Positions 55,101 through 63,753 of a DNA stretch of 64,000 nucleotides are shown one piece after another. The notes beneath the pieces are model-generated. The model saw only the letters and a program-made list of their open reading frames with translations, ran no database searches and was not told where the DNA came from. Each line of letters opens with the position of its first letter. Positions within the stretch are counted from its first letter, which is position 1. Origin of the DNA: a virus; the IMG/VR virus record IMGVR_UViG_3300045941_000223, positions 1 through 64,000 of that record, one strand, 5' to 3'. Made by a program: the position numbers and the translations under genes.

Positions 55101-55874
55101 ATGGCAACGATCAATCGAAGAGTGCTCGATATCAGCCACCACAATTCGATCAGCGATTACGACGCCATCAAGGACGCCGGGATCATCGGCATCATCCACA
55201 AGGCGACGGAGAGCGATCACTTCATCGACGACGACTACGAGCCGCGCCGCAAGGAGTTCATCAAGCGTGGATTCCTGTGGGGCGCGTACCACTTCCTGCG
55301 GCCCGGGAACATGGTCGAGCAGGCGCGCTTCTTCCTCGACGTGGCGGGCAGCGATCCGTCGTATCTCTACTGCCCGGACCATGAGGACGACGGCGTCAGC
55401 CTGTCGGATCTCAAGGAGTTCTGCAGAGAGATCGAAAGATTGACCGGCCGCACCGGCGCGCTCTACAGCGGCCACGTCATCAAGGAACAGCTCTCGGGCA
55501 GGGACGACTATCTCGCCACGTGGCGGCTGTGGCTCTGCCACTACTCCAACACCCCGAGCTGGCCGACCTCGACGTGGCCGCAATGGTATTTGTGGCAGTA
55601 CGGCGACGGGACTGCCGGGCCACCGCCGCAGGGCTGTCCCGGCGTCACTGGCGGCGTTGATGTCAACTCATGGAACGGCACCGACGACGAGCTGCGATCG
55701 AGCTGGTCGGGCGGCGGCGGGGTGCCGATCGACCCGACAGTCCCGGTGCCGACCGAGGTCGTGCTCGAACAGCTCACCACGCAGATGCGGCCGGACATGG
55801 TCAGCGCCTTGAAGCCGTACAACATCAAGCGCAACGAGCCGCCGCCTGCGGAGCCGTACCATGGCGACTCGTGA
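55101..55874 (+). CDS. Endolysin 2: GH25 lysozyme
   Basis: LDISHHN, HKATE, GAYHF, DHE, LWQY, VDVN. Confidence 0.92.
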   Translation: MATINRRVLDISHHNSISDYDAIKDAGIIGIIHKATESDHFIDDDYEPRRKEFIKRGFLWGAYHFLRPGNMVEQARFFLDVAGSDPSYLYCPDHEDDGVSLSDLKEFCREIERLTGRTGALYSGHVIKEQLSGRDDYLATWRLWLCHYSNTPSWPTSTWPQWYLWQYGDGTAGPPPQGCPGVTGGVDVNSWNGTDDELRSSWSGGGGVPIDPTVPVPTEVVLEQLTTQMRPDMVSALKPYNIKRNEPPPAEPYHGDS

Positions 55875-56058
55875 CGCTCTGCGCGAAGGGCTCGATCTCG
55901 GCCTGAAGAACTACGTCGCCAAGCTGGCGGAAGTGCTGATCACCAGCACCGGGGCCGACGACGGCGAGCTGGTGGAGCACTTCAAGAGCGGACTGGATAA
56001 AGCGATCCGCCGCCACGCGAAGGCGGCGGCGGCGCTCGACGAGATGGACGGTCTTTAG
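55861..56058 (+). CDS. Hypothetical protein
   Basis: Last gene of the rightward operon. Confidence 0.5.
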   Translation: MATRDALREGLDLGLKNYVAKLAEVLITSTGADDGELVEHFKSGLDKAIRRHAKAAAALDEMDGL

Positions 56059-56073
56059 ACCGTTCTAAGGAGC

Positions 56074-56274
56074 CTACTCCCCACCTTGCCCCGGGCGGTT
56101 CCCGGGGCTTTTGTTTTTCCGGTGGGCGAAGATGTGAGAGAGTCTTTTCGGGACAACGACCAGACTGTTGCAGAGTTCACAGCACCGCTTGCCGGGCTTC
56201 ACCGGATCGGCGTTGTGGCCATATCCCTCATAGGTCTCGCGGCAGATCACGCAGCGTTTCGGTTTTTCGGTCAT
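56074..56274 (-). CDS. Small Zn-finger protein
   Basis: CVIC...GHNADPV...CCELCN..VVP.R. Confidence 0.65.
   Translation of the reverse strand: MTEKPKRCVICRETYEGYGHNADPVKPGKRCCELCNSLVVVPKRLSHIFAHRKNKSPGNRPGQGGE
56088..56118 (+). terminator. Intrinsic terminator of the late operon
   Basis: GCCCCGGG-CGGTT-CCCGGGGC followed by TTTTGTTTTT. Confidence 0.85.
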
Positions 56275-56507
56275 GAGGTCACCAGCGTCAGAACGTAGGG
56301 CTCATTTTCGTCGAAGCGCTGGATGATCGCCAGCGCGTAGGGGCGGTTGGCGTGCCACAGCGAGCGCACCGACAGCCCGCACGCCCAGCCGCCGGGCTCG
56401 AACTTTGAGCGGTTCGGTCGATGGTGCTCGGCGGCGACCCGTTCGAGCCAGTCGTAGGAAGCCTCGACCGCTTCGTGGAGTTCGGCATACTCATGCTGCT
56501 CGATCAC
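56271..56507 (-). CDS. Hypothetical protein
   Basis: Coupled GTGA overlaps. Confidence 0.5.
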   Translation of the reverse strand: MIEQHEYAELHEAVEASYDWLERVAAEHHRPNRSKFEPGGWACGLSVRSLWHANRPYALAIIQRFDENEPYVLTLVTS

Positions 56508-57012
56508 GCCCCGGCCTCCATCGGCTCCCCATCGCGCCAACGCTCGACCGAGATCCACGGCCGGGCCGCCTTGATCAGCATGGTGCCGCTGATGTGCTGG
56601 ACCAGCCCGTAGCCGGTGGTGTGCATCAGGGCGAACCATGGGGCCTTCTCGTCGCTGGCGATCTCGATCACGTGCAGGCCGTGGCCGTTGCCGACCGGCG
56701 CGAACCTCCCCTTGGACGACGCCAGATGCGGGCAGGTCTGCAGCGCGTATACCGCGCATTCGCGATGCATCGGCGGGTCGATGAACAGTCCGTTCTCGAC
56801 GCACAGCGGGCCGCCGACGAAGTGGATGTGCTTTGCCCAGCCGCTCGCCGCACATGCCGCACAGCCGGTTGCGGATGCACTTGGCCAGCCGTTCCTGATC
56901 CGACCGTGCGGAAGTCCGGCACCCCGTCCTTGTCCACCAAGGTGACGAAGGTGATCGGGTAGCCGCGCCGATCGCGCGGGCGGGCGAGCATGCGAGCCGG
57001 GATCTCGGTCAC
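56504..57012 (-). pseudogene. Conserved-looking Cys-rich protein broken by two +1 insertions
   Basis: Removing one base at 56900-56901 and one at 56832-56834 gives PDFRTVDQERLAKCIRNRLCGMCGERLGKHIHFVGGPLC...HRECAVYALQTCPHL. Confidence 0.7.
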
Positions 57013-57254
57013 GCGGTCTCCAGCTCGTCCAGTATCCGATTGGTCGCCCACGTCTTGCACTCGCGCACGGTATCGAATGTGAGCCTGCCGTGCCCGCCCT
57101 GTACGCCCCGCAGGCGGTCGCGCACCGAGTAGGTGTCAGGGTAGACCGTGCTCCGGTAGTTCGGGCTGATCTCGAAGCGCCCTTCCACGCTTCGCCAGTA
57201 TCCACGTTCGTCCGCGACAGCGCCCGGAGCGAGGTTGATCCATTTCAGCTTCAA
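57009..57254 (-). CDS. Hypothetical protein
   Basis: GGAGG RBS; coupled. Confidence 0.55.
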   Translation of the reverse strand: MKLKWINLAPGAVADERGYWRSVEGRFEISPNYRSTVYPDTYSVRDRLRGVQGGHGRLTFDTVRECKTWATNRILDELETA

Positions 57255-57445
57255 GCGTTACCTCCCTTCGTCCGTTCGAGCATGTCGTTGGTCTCTTTGG
57301 TGATCCTCTCCATCACCGGGCCGTGCTTGCCGCACCATCCATCGCGGACCGCCCGGCGTCTGCACTGCTTGCCGTTGTTGAACATCGCGCAGCAGCGCTT
57401 GACGCCTTCCGCTTCCAGCTCGCGCCATGTCTTCTTCTCGGTCAT
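57251..57445 (-). CDS. Small Zn-binding protein
   Basis: RCCA....GKQCRR...WCGKH. Confidence 0.6.
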   Translation of the reverse strand: MTEKKTWRELEAEGVKRCCAMFNNGKQCRRRAVRDGWCGKHGPVMERITKETNDMLERTKGGNA

Positions 57446-57957
57446 GCCGCTTCCTTTCCCTCTCCGTAGACCGCCAGTGCCCGCGCCCGCAGCTCGGCGT
57501 CGCCGCGCGTCATGACCGCCAGCAGCTCGGCCTTCTCGGGCAGGAAGACCGCGGCGAAGCCGGGGTCGTGCTCGACGATGTCCTTGGCGTTGTCGAGCAG
57601 GTCGGCGTACTTGATGGTGTGGGCGGCGGCGTCGGCACCGGCGAGGTTCATCAGGTCGAGCCGCTTCCGCCGCGCCCGGTTGCCGTCAACCCCGGTCTTC
57701 GAGATCCTGGTCAGCCAGAGCACCAGATTGGCCACCCGGTTGCCGAAGCCGTGAACCAGCTCGGCGTAGGTGACGTTGGTGTCTTCGAGGGTGTCGTGCA
57801 GGAAGGCGGCGGCGACCATCTCGGCGTCGTCGGTCCGCTCGGCGACCAGCCCGGCCACCCGGATCAGGTGGTTCACGTAGGGCTCTTCGGTGTACTTCCG
57901 GACGTGTCCCGCGTGGGCTTCCGTCGCGAACCGAAGTGCTCTGTTTACGAGGTCCAT
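57442..57957 (-). CDS. HD-domain (p)ppGpp hydrolase-like protein (SAH/MESH1-like)
   Basis: AHAGHVRK...PYVNH...LHDTLEDT...IKYADLLDN. Confidence 0.85.
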   Translation of the reverse strand: MDLVNRALRFATEAHAGHVRKYTEEPYVNHLIRVAGLVAERTDDAEMVAAAFLHDTLEDTNVTYAELVHGFGNRVANLVLWLTRISKTGVDGNRARRKRLDLMNLAGADAAAHTIKYADLLDNAKDIVEHDPGFAAVFLPEKAELLAVMTRGDAELRARALAVYGEGKEAA

Positions 57958-58073
57958 TTCACCACAACCAGAGTGCCATCGTGACGGCGGCAACGAACCA
58001 GAACGCATTGTCGAAGCCCGCAGCCGTCATCACAGCCACAGCCGTCTTTTTCATCGCTTCTCCCTCCACCCTA

Positions 58074-58102
58074 TATATAGGTCTTTATGGCCTACTTTCA
58101 AG
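58074..58102 (-). promoter_or_regulatory. Promoter/operator copy
   Basis: CTTGAAA-N17-TATATA; dyad 58078-58094. Confidence 0.8.
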
Positions 58103-58258
58103 GGGTGCTTTGGGACGCTCGCCGTACAGGGTGACGATCGCTCGGGCGATCTCCAGTGCGAGCTGGTCGCGCTTGGCCGGGTCGAACGGGACGACCACGG
58201 CGTGCAGGGTATCCTTGCCGTCTTGGACGGTGACGGTGAGGTAGACTTTCTCGGTCAC
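58085..58258 (-). CDS. Hypothetical protein
   Basis: Coupled ORF ending inside the operator. Confidence 0.5.
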   Translation of the reverse strand: MTEKVYLTVTVQDGKDTLHAVVVPFDPAKRDQLALEIARAIVTLYGERPKAPLESRP

Positions 58259-58683
58259 GGCTTCACCGTCAGCTTGCGGCACAGCTCTTCGTTCGGCCGA
58301 TCGCGACAGAACGTCACCAGTGCGTCTTCCACTTCCTTCCGGGTGATCCCTCGCGGATTCGGTTCTACGTCATCCAGCACGTCCGGACGCACGCGTGGGG
58401 GTGGCGGCGGGCGGCCACCCGGCCACCGGTACCACGGCGCGACCGAGTTCTGCCGCAGCTCGCGTTGCCAGAACCAGAACTCCGGGGGCGCGGGCATGAG
58501 ATCAGGCCAGCCCGGGCCCGGCGGCTGAACCCGCACGAACGGCACCGGCGGGCCGAGGTAGCCAGCCCGCGGTGCGTAGGTAAACATGCCGAACCGGCCG
58601 AGGTTGGGTCCGGGCTGGATTTGAGCCGTGGCGGCGGTCGAGCAGATCAGCGCCAGTGCGGCGGCGAACAGGTGACGGATCAT
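58255..58683 (-). CDS. Secreted Pro-rich hypothetical protein
   Basis: Signal-peptide-like MIRHLFAAALALICSTAATA-Q. Confidence 0.6.
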   Translation of the reverse strand: MIRHLFAAALALICSTAATAQIQPGPNLGRFGMFTYAPRAGYLGPPVPFVRVQPPGPGWPDLMPAPPEFWFWQRELRQNSVAPWYRWPGGRPPPPPRVRPDVLDDVEPNPRGITRKEVEDALVTFCRDRPNEELCRKLTVKP

Positions 58684-58777
58684 GATGCCAACCACATCAG
58701 CAAACAGATCGCTTCCGGCATCACGTTCCACATCAGCACGTAGAAAATATCGCCGATGGCGCGCAGGATCAGGCGGG

Positions 58778-59008
58778 TCATGCTTCGTCCATGGCGAAGT
58801 CGGTGGCCTGCTCCAGCGTCTTGAACGCCCGGCCGGTGCCCTCGACCGCGTACAGCGGGCCAAACCGGGAGCCCACGCGCCTGATCCGGCGGCCGTTGAC
58901 CACCGCGACCGCGGTGGACTTGAAGTGCTCTTCCTGCAGCCGGTTGTACTCTTGCGGCCCGACGCGATCGATCAGCGCAGCTCGGGCAACAGGATCGTTC
59001 CAATTCAC
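58778..59008 (-). CDS. Hypothetical protein
   Basis: Coupled run. Confidence 0.6.
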   Translation of the reverse strand: MNWNDPVARAALIDRVGPQEYNRLQEEHFKSTAVAVVNGRRIRRVGSRFGPLYAVEGTGRAFKTLEQATDFAMDEA

Positions 59009-59256
59009 GGTGTCTGCTCCAGCGCCGAGCGCACCTTTTCCTTGGCGGCTCGCAGGCCGATCATGCCAATTCGCGGGTACAGGGCGGCGGCCGGGTGCTC
59101 GCTGTGGAATTCGTAGTTCAGATATTTTCGATGATCGCAGCTAAAGGCCACAAGCTGTCCGATCTTCTCGCCATCCACATGCACATCGACGTAATCGGAC
59201 CAGCCGCGCCAGCCACTCTTGAACGGCTCGGACTTGCTGTAGGTGATCTTTTTCAT
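59005..59256 (-). CDS. Hypothetical protein
   Basis: Coupled run. Confidence 0.55.
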   Translation of the reverse strand: MKKITYSKSEPFKSGWRGWSDYVDVHVDGEKIGQLVAFSCDHRKYLNYEFHSEHPAAALYPRIGMIGLRAAKEKVRSALEQTP

Positions 59257-59573
59257 GCGCTTCCTTTCGTTGGCATGCGCTCGGCGAGCTTGCTGCGCCA
59301 TACGTCCAGCTCTTGCGCGATCAGATCCATGCGGCGCAGATCGGCGGTGGTCGGGTCTTCGCCGGGGTCGAGCATGTTCATGATGCTCGCAAAGGTGTGC
59401 TCGGCACCGGCCATGTAGGCCAGTCGCATCTCGGTGTACTGCACCAGCGGCGCATTCTTGGGGATGACGAAGTGGGCGAACGCCGCGAAGCCCGCCTCGA
59501 TCAGCTTGCCTTCGTCGGCCAGCTTCTTGGTCACACCGGTCGCGATCTCTTCAACCTGCTTCGTCTTGTCCAT
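59253..59573 (-). CDS. Hypothetical protein
   Basis: Q..EMRLAYMAGA..F...LDPGEDPT..DL.RM. Confidence 0.65.
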   Translation of the reverse strand: MDKTKQVEEIATGVTKKLADEGKLIEAGFAAFAHFVIPKNAPLVQYTEMRLAYMAGAEHTFASIMNMLDPGEDPTTADLRRMDLIAQELDVWRSKLAERMPTKGSA

Positions 59574-59619
59574 GGCACTCTCGAAAAGGTTGGGCGGCGG
59601 GGATCGCCGCCCCTGATGG

Positions 59620-59829
59620 TCATCGACCGTTGTTGGTCTTCTTGCGTGATGCGGCGCGCGGGGTCGGCGCGGACGCGACTGGTGCCGGTTGAATCGGCAT
59701 CTTCTGGTAGTAGTAGCCGTCCGGTCGCGACATGAGCCGCGGCTGGAGCCCGGGGTGGTCGTTGACGTACTGCGCCTCTGCGCCGGACACGGCGACAAGG
59801 ACGAAGGCGATGGTAGCAAGCAGTCTCAC
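59620..59829 (-). CDS. Small secreted protein
   Basis: Signal-peptide-like MRLLATIAFVLVAVSGAEA-Q. Confidence 0.55.
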   Translation of the reverse strand: MRLLATIAFVLVAVSGAEAQYVNDHPGLQPRLMSRPDGYYYQKMPIQPAPVASAPTPRAASRKKTNNGR

Positions 59830-59907
59830 TGTTCAGCTCTCCCTCTGGTTCCACCACGTTTTGAAGAACCGGCGTTGTCGCGGTGGCCGACAGGCCGGAT
59901 TGGTTGG

Positions 59908-60150
59908 TCATCTCGGCTTCAGGCTTGACGATCCGGTCTTGTTGCCCCGCGAGTCGTAGAAGGTGGTCGTCCCGCCGATCGTCGTTGCCGATCCTGTCTT
60001 GTTGCCGCGGGCATCGTAGACGTTGGTGGTGGTTCCGGCCGACGACGGCGACAGCGTGGTCGCCGACCCGGTCTTGTTGCCGCGGGCGTCGTAGAAGCTC
60101 TCGGCGTTGGCAGTGGCGACAAGGGCGAGCAGGAACAGCAGGGTCTTCAT
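59908..60150 (-). CDS. Small secreted repeat protein
   Basis: Signal peptide plus 3x YD(A/S)RGNKTGS. Confidence 0.7.
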   Translation of the reverse strand: MKTLLFLLALVATANAESFYDARGNKTGSATTLSPSSAGTTTNVYDARGNKTGSATTIGGTTTFYDSRGNKTGSSSLKPR

Positions 60151-60548
60151 TCGTCTTCATCCTCAAGGTTGTCAGTGCGTTTGAAATTGGCGAACGCCTT
60201 GATACGGCGGCCGACCGATTCCAGTTGCTTGAACGATGCCTCCCACAGAGTGACCTGATGGGCGACCTGCTCGGCGTGCTCGCGCAATGCCTGATTGGTC
60301 TCGATCAGGCCGATGATCAGCTTGTAGAGCACCGCGACTTCCGCTTCGGTCATCGCTCGCGGCTGCGCCAGCTTCAGTAACTCCGGGCGGTTGGTCAGCA
60401 TGCCCGGCAGCAGATCCTGCGGTACGGCCAGCGCCTCGACGAACTCGTTCCATGATTTCAGCCGGGTCTTGGCCGACAGCTCGGTGATTTGGTCATCCAG
60501 CCGCTCGGTCGCGGTCGGCGGGCGCATCTTGGTCAACGGTTCCGTCAT
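60147..60548 (-). CDS. Hypothetical coiled-coil protein
   Basis: ORF with RBS; coupled. Confidence 0.6.
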   Translation of the reverse strand: MTEPLTKMRPPTATERLDDQITELSAKTRLKSWNEFVEALAVPQDLLPGMLTNRPELLKLAQPRAMTEAEVAVLYKLIIGLIETNQALREHAEQVAHQVTLWEASFKQLESVGRRIKAFANFKRTDNLEDEDE

Positions 60549-60682
60549 CCCTCTTCCCTTCCTTCATGTCGCCGTAGCAGTCTTGCCAAATCTCCCGGCT
60601 GCGCCGTGATCGCTCTTCCCGGCTCAGCTTGCAGACGCGCATCTCTTCGGCCAGCGCGGCCATCATCACGTGATAGGACCGG

Positions 60683-61036
60683 TCACGCGCCGCCTTGCTC
60701 TGCAGCTTCTTCGGCATTCTTGTTGCCTCCACATTTCCAACACGCGACCCGCGTGGGCACAGTGTCCGGACCGATGAATGCGGTGCCAGCTATGCGCTGA
60801 AACCTACCGGCCCTGATCCAGCCGGTGCCGATGCACACGTCGCAGACGACCGGGCGCTCGTACAGCGGCTTGCCCATCTCGACCACGATCGCCTCGCGCG
60901 ACGGGCTCACGCCCTTGGCGTAGTGCTCCGCGGCCTCGCGGGTGATGAACGTCCCATGCGTGGCCATCACGTAATCGCCCGGGGTGTCTTCGTCCTTGCG
61001 ATCGTCGCGGCAGATGACGATGTAGCGGTAGGTCAC
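60683..61036 (-). CDS. Hypothetical protein with Zn-ribbon
   Basis: CDVCIGTG...CWKCGG. Confidence 0.55.
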   Translation of the reverse strand: MTYRYIVICRDDRKDEDTPGDYVMATHGTFITREAAEHYAKGVSPSREAIVVEMGKPLYERPVVCDVCIGTGWIRAGRFQRIAGTAFIGPDTVPTRVACWKCGGNKNAEEAAEQGGA

Positions 61037-61572
61037 GCTGCGCCTCTCTGTTCTCTGGCCATCTGCACCATTCGAAACACTTCAGCCGATGTTCTGCTCG
61101 GGATCGCCGTCCCGCGTTCTTCGACCCACTCGGGGGTCATCGGCGGGGCGAGCACCACCATGCCGTCATCGGTGCCCCAGCGCACGATCGTTCCGATTCC
61201 TTCGGCGGCCCGGCGGGTGATGAAGGCACGCACGGCATCGGTGCGCCACGCGTCGCGGTAATCCGGATCGACCCACATCTGCACCACTTCCACGACCGCG
61301 ACGCTCGCGCCGGTATCGTCGCGGCGGACTTCGATCGAGTCGGGAATCATGTCGATGACCACGTGCGACCGGTCGGGGCGCTGCTGGTCGTACGTATCGG
61401 CACCGGTCAGCCATCGGCAGGACCACAGCGCGCAGGGCTGCGGACGGCGGCGGTAGATCATGCAGCCCTTGCCGCGCCGCTGATGCTCGCAGCGGGTATT
61501 GGCACCCTTGCGCAGCTCGGGCAGCGGCATCAGCTTGCAACAGAGTTGGCAGTCGCCGCAGGCGCGGGTCAT
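61033..61572 (-). CDS. YkgJ-like Cys-cluster protein
   Basis: CGDCQLCC...CEH...C.IY..RP..C..W.C.W. Confidence 0.75.
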   Translation of the reverse strand: MTRACGDCQLCCKLMPLPELRKGANTRCEHQRRGKGCMIYRRRPQPCALWSCRWLTGADTYDQQRPDRSHVVIDMIPDSIEVRRDDTGASVAVVEVVQMWVDPDYRDAWRTDAVRAFITRRAAEGIGTIVRWGTDDGMVVLAPPMTPEWVEERGTAIPSRTSAEVFRMVQMAREQRGAA

Positions 61573-61841
61573 GTGATCACGAAATCCGGGTCCGGCGGGT
61601 TGTCGTTGTCGGCGAACCACTTCTTCTCGACCAAGAGATCGGTGGCCAGCTCGCAGGCTTCGGCGTAGTCCGGGTTGCATTCCTCGCCGCCGAGATAGGA
61701 CCAGCACGCCACGAACAGCGGCTCGAAGCCGACCTGCCAGCCGACGAGAACGGCGTGCGGCGGCATGTCCTTCAGCTCGCGTTCCGCCAGCGCGTCATCG
61801 ACGCAGTAGGCAACGTAGGGCAGGGCCTGCTCGCGGGTCAT
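61569..61841 (-). CDS. Hypothetical protein
   Basis: Coupled run. Confidence 0.55.
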   Translation of the reverse strand: MTREQALPYVAYCVDDALAERELKDMPPHAVLVGWQVGFEPLFVACWSYLGGEECNPDYAEACELATDLLVEKKWFADNDNPPDPDFVIT

Positions 61842-62044
61842 GGCGTCTCCAGCTTGCGCAAACGCTCGCCGAAGCGATTGTGCTGCTTGTGCATCGCGCG
61901 GACTTCATCGACCAGCCCGCGCAGAGTGTTGTCCTGCCGCAGCACCATCGCGGTCAGCACGTTGATATCGTCGCGGATAGCGTTGATCCCAGCGATGATC
62001 CGCTCATTCTGTTGCGCTAGAAATTCCAGACTGATCTCGGTCAT
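61838..62044 (-). CDS. Small coiled-coil protein
   Basis: MTEISLEFLAQQ.ERI...RLRKLE. Confidence 0.6.
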   Translation of the reverse strand: MTEISLEFLAQQNERIIAGINAIRDDINVLTAMVLRQDNTLRGLVDEVRAMHKQHNRFGERLRKLETP

Positions 62045-62241
62045 CGCATACCTCGATTGGTGCGGTACTTCGCGGCCCGGCGCTCGTTCTCGGTCGCCTT
62101 GTTGCCGATGGCGATCAGCATGTTGGTGACCGCCTCCGCGACCGTCTCTCCGCGGATGTAGGCGGCCTTCAGCGCCTTCTCGGCGATGCCGGATGTGGCC
62201 AGATCGGCCAGAACCGCTTCGCGCCATTCGTAGTAGGTCAT
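62041..62241 (-). CDS. Hypothetical protein
   Basis: GGAGG RBS directly after a repeat promoter. Confidence 0.6.
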   Translation of the reverse strand: MTYYEWREAVLADLATSGIAEKALKAAYIRGETVAEAVTNMLIAIGNKATENERRAAKYRTNRGMR

Positions 62242-62259
62242 GAAAGTTCCTCCATCCCT

Positions 62260-62289
62260 GATATAGGGCTTGGCGGCCTACGTTTCAAG
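62260..62289 (-). promoter_or_regulatory. Promoter/operator copy
   Basis: CTTGAAA-N17-TATATC; dyad 62264-62280. Confidence 0.8.
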
Positions 62290-62548
62290 GGGTGCTTTCG
62301 CCAAGCAGCTCGGCAACGTCGGCTGCAAACCGCGCCACACCGAGATCCAGCGGCGTCTTGGCGACTGGCGACAATTCGTTGAACACCTTGCGTCGCCGGT
62401 CTCGGTTCTCGCCCAAGGCCCGGCCAGCGATGAACCGGCGCAAGTCGGATGCAGCCAGCGTGCGGGAGATTTCGCCCTTTTCGAGCTGGTAGGCGACGAA
62501 GGTTACGGCGTCGCGAAATTCAAGATCGGAGAGTGGATTGATGTTCAT
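62285..62548 (-). CDS. Hypothetical protein
   Basis: Stop TGA lies in the -35 box. Confidence 0.55.
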   Translation of the reverse strand: MNINPLSDLEFRDAVTFVAYQLEKGEISRTLAASDLRRFIAGRALGENRDRRRKVFNELSPVAKTPLDLGVARFAADVAELLGESTP

Positions 62549-62750
62549 CCTGCACCTTCATGTCCTTCACGTCGGCGACCGCAGCGGCGAAGTCCGGCCG
62601 GATCGGTCCCTCGCGGGTCTTGGACCACGCCATGTATCCGTCGTTGCGGCAGAGAATCGCGTAGTCGATCTCGCCGCTCATGAGTTCGTGCGTGGTGGGG
62701 TTCAGCTTGAACCGGGTCTTCTTGGATATCTCTGAAAGCGGGTGCTTCAT
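62520..62750 (-). CDS. Hypothetical protein
   Basis: Coupled run. Confidence 0.5.
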   Translation of the reverse strand: MKHPLSEISKKTRFKLNPTTHELMSGEIDYAILCRNDGYMAWSKTREGPIRPDFAAAVADVKDMKVQDEHQSTLRS

Positions 62751-62932
62751 TCCACCGGTTCCTTCGGTGCTGCCGCGGAAATGTCCACGCCGTTGGCGTA
62801 CTCGGTCGCCAGATCGTGCAGGCGACTCAGAACTTCCCTGTCCTTTGCGTGCGGAAAATGATGGGCGGCCAAGCGCAGGAACAGCTTGAGATCCTGACCA
62901 AGGCGGCGCAATTCAATCTGTTCTGGCGTCAC
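62747..62932 (-). CDS. Hypothetical protein
   Basis: Coupled run. Confidence 0.5.
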   Translation of the reverse strand: MTPEQIELRRLGQDLKLFLRLAAHHFPHAKDREVLSRLHDLATEYANGVDISAAAPKEPVE

Positions 62933-63143
62933 GGATGAAATCCTTTCCGGTTGGCGTCAGCTTCAGTTGCCAGATGGTGCGGTGCCTGCCGCGCAGGGCG
63001 TCCGGCTCTATGTCAAGCTCGGCCTCGACGAGACCGCGTTCCCTCAGTCGCTTGATGGCCACGTGATATCGCCACTTGATGCGGCGCGTCGCATCCTCGC
63101 GACCGGCGAATCCGAACAGAAGGTTCCTTTCGGTTCTCGTCAC
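62913..63143 (-). CDS. Possible winged-helix protein
   Basis: IKRLRERGLVE...LKLTPTGK. Confidence 0.5.
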   Translation of the reverse strand: MTRTERNLLFGFAGREDATRRIKWRYHVAIKRLRERGLVEAELDIEPDALRGRHRTIWQLKLTPTGKDFIRDARTD

Positions 63144-63523
63144 GAATCAGGCTCCGGGTTAAGCTGCTCCAACTCGTTGCCATGCTCGGTCTCGGGCGAC
63201 TCGATCTCGTCGATGGTGTCGAGCGCGGTGGTGTCGTAGCTCTCCCAATCGCTCTTCCAGCTCTCGTAGTTCTGACCGGCGTCGCTCTCGGTCCACTTCT
63301 CCGATCGCTCGCCGATGTAGGTGTCCATCTCGCCGACGATCTCGTCGCGGAAGCTCTCGATATCGGAGACCACCGCGTTGTAGGTTTCGATCGCTGGGTT
63401 CAGTAGGTCGCTGATCATCGCGTTGACCTCGACCAGCTTCTTGTCGATATCGGCCGCGGCGATCGTCAGCCGGGCGACCAGATCCGCGCGGGTCTTTTCC
63501 TGTTCCTTGGTCAGCTTCTTCAT
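63140..63523 (-). CDS. Acidic helical hypothetical protein
   Basis: MKKLTKEQ...ERSEKWTESDAGQ.Y..W...W. Confidence 0.65.
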   Translation of the reverse strand: MKKLTKEQEKTRADLVARLTIAAADIDKKLVEVNAMISDLLNPAIETYNAVVSDIESFRDEIVGEMDTYIGERSEKWTESDAGQNYESWKSDWESYDTTALDTIDEIESPETEHGNELEQLNPEPDS

Positions 63524-63753
63524 CGGTGTTCCTCCATGAGCACGGCGATCGAGCGAAGTTGCTGGCCGATCAGCGCGGTGCCGCAATCGAAGGCGGCGGC
63601 CTGCATGAATGCGGCGACCAGCTCGGGGTGCTGCTTGGCAGTGCCGTTGCCGAATTGCACGTCGATCCGCTTGATGGCCTCGATCATGTAATGCTCGGCG
63701 GTCATGCAGGCTTGCTCCATGAGCATGTCGCCGGTCAGGCTGGTGTCGATCAT
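63520..63753 (-). CDS. Hypothetical protein
   Basis: ID..FG.G.A..HPELVAAFMQAAA.D. Confidence 0.65.
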   Translation of the reverse strand: MIDTSLTGDMLMEQACMTAEHYMIEAIKRIDVQFGNGTAKQHPELVAAFMQAAAFDCGTALIGQQLRSIAVLMEEHR

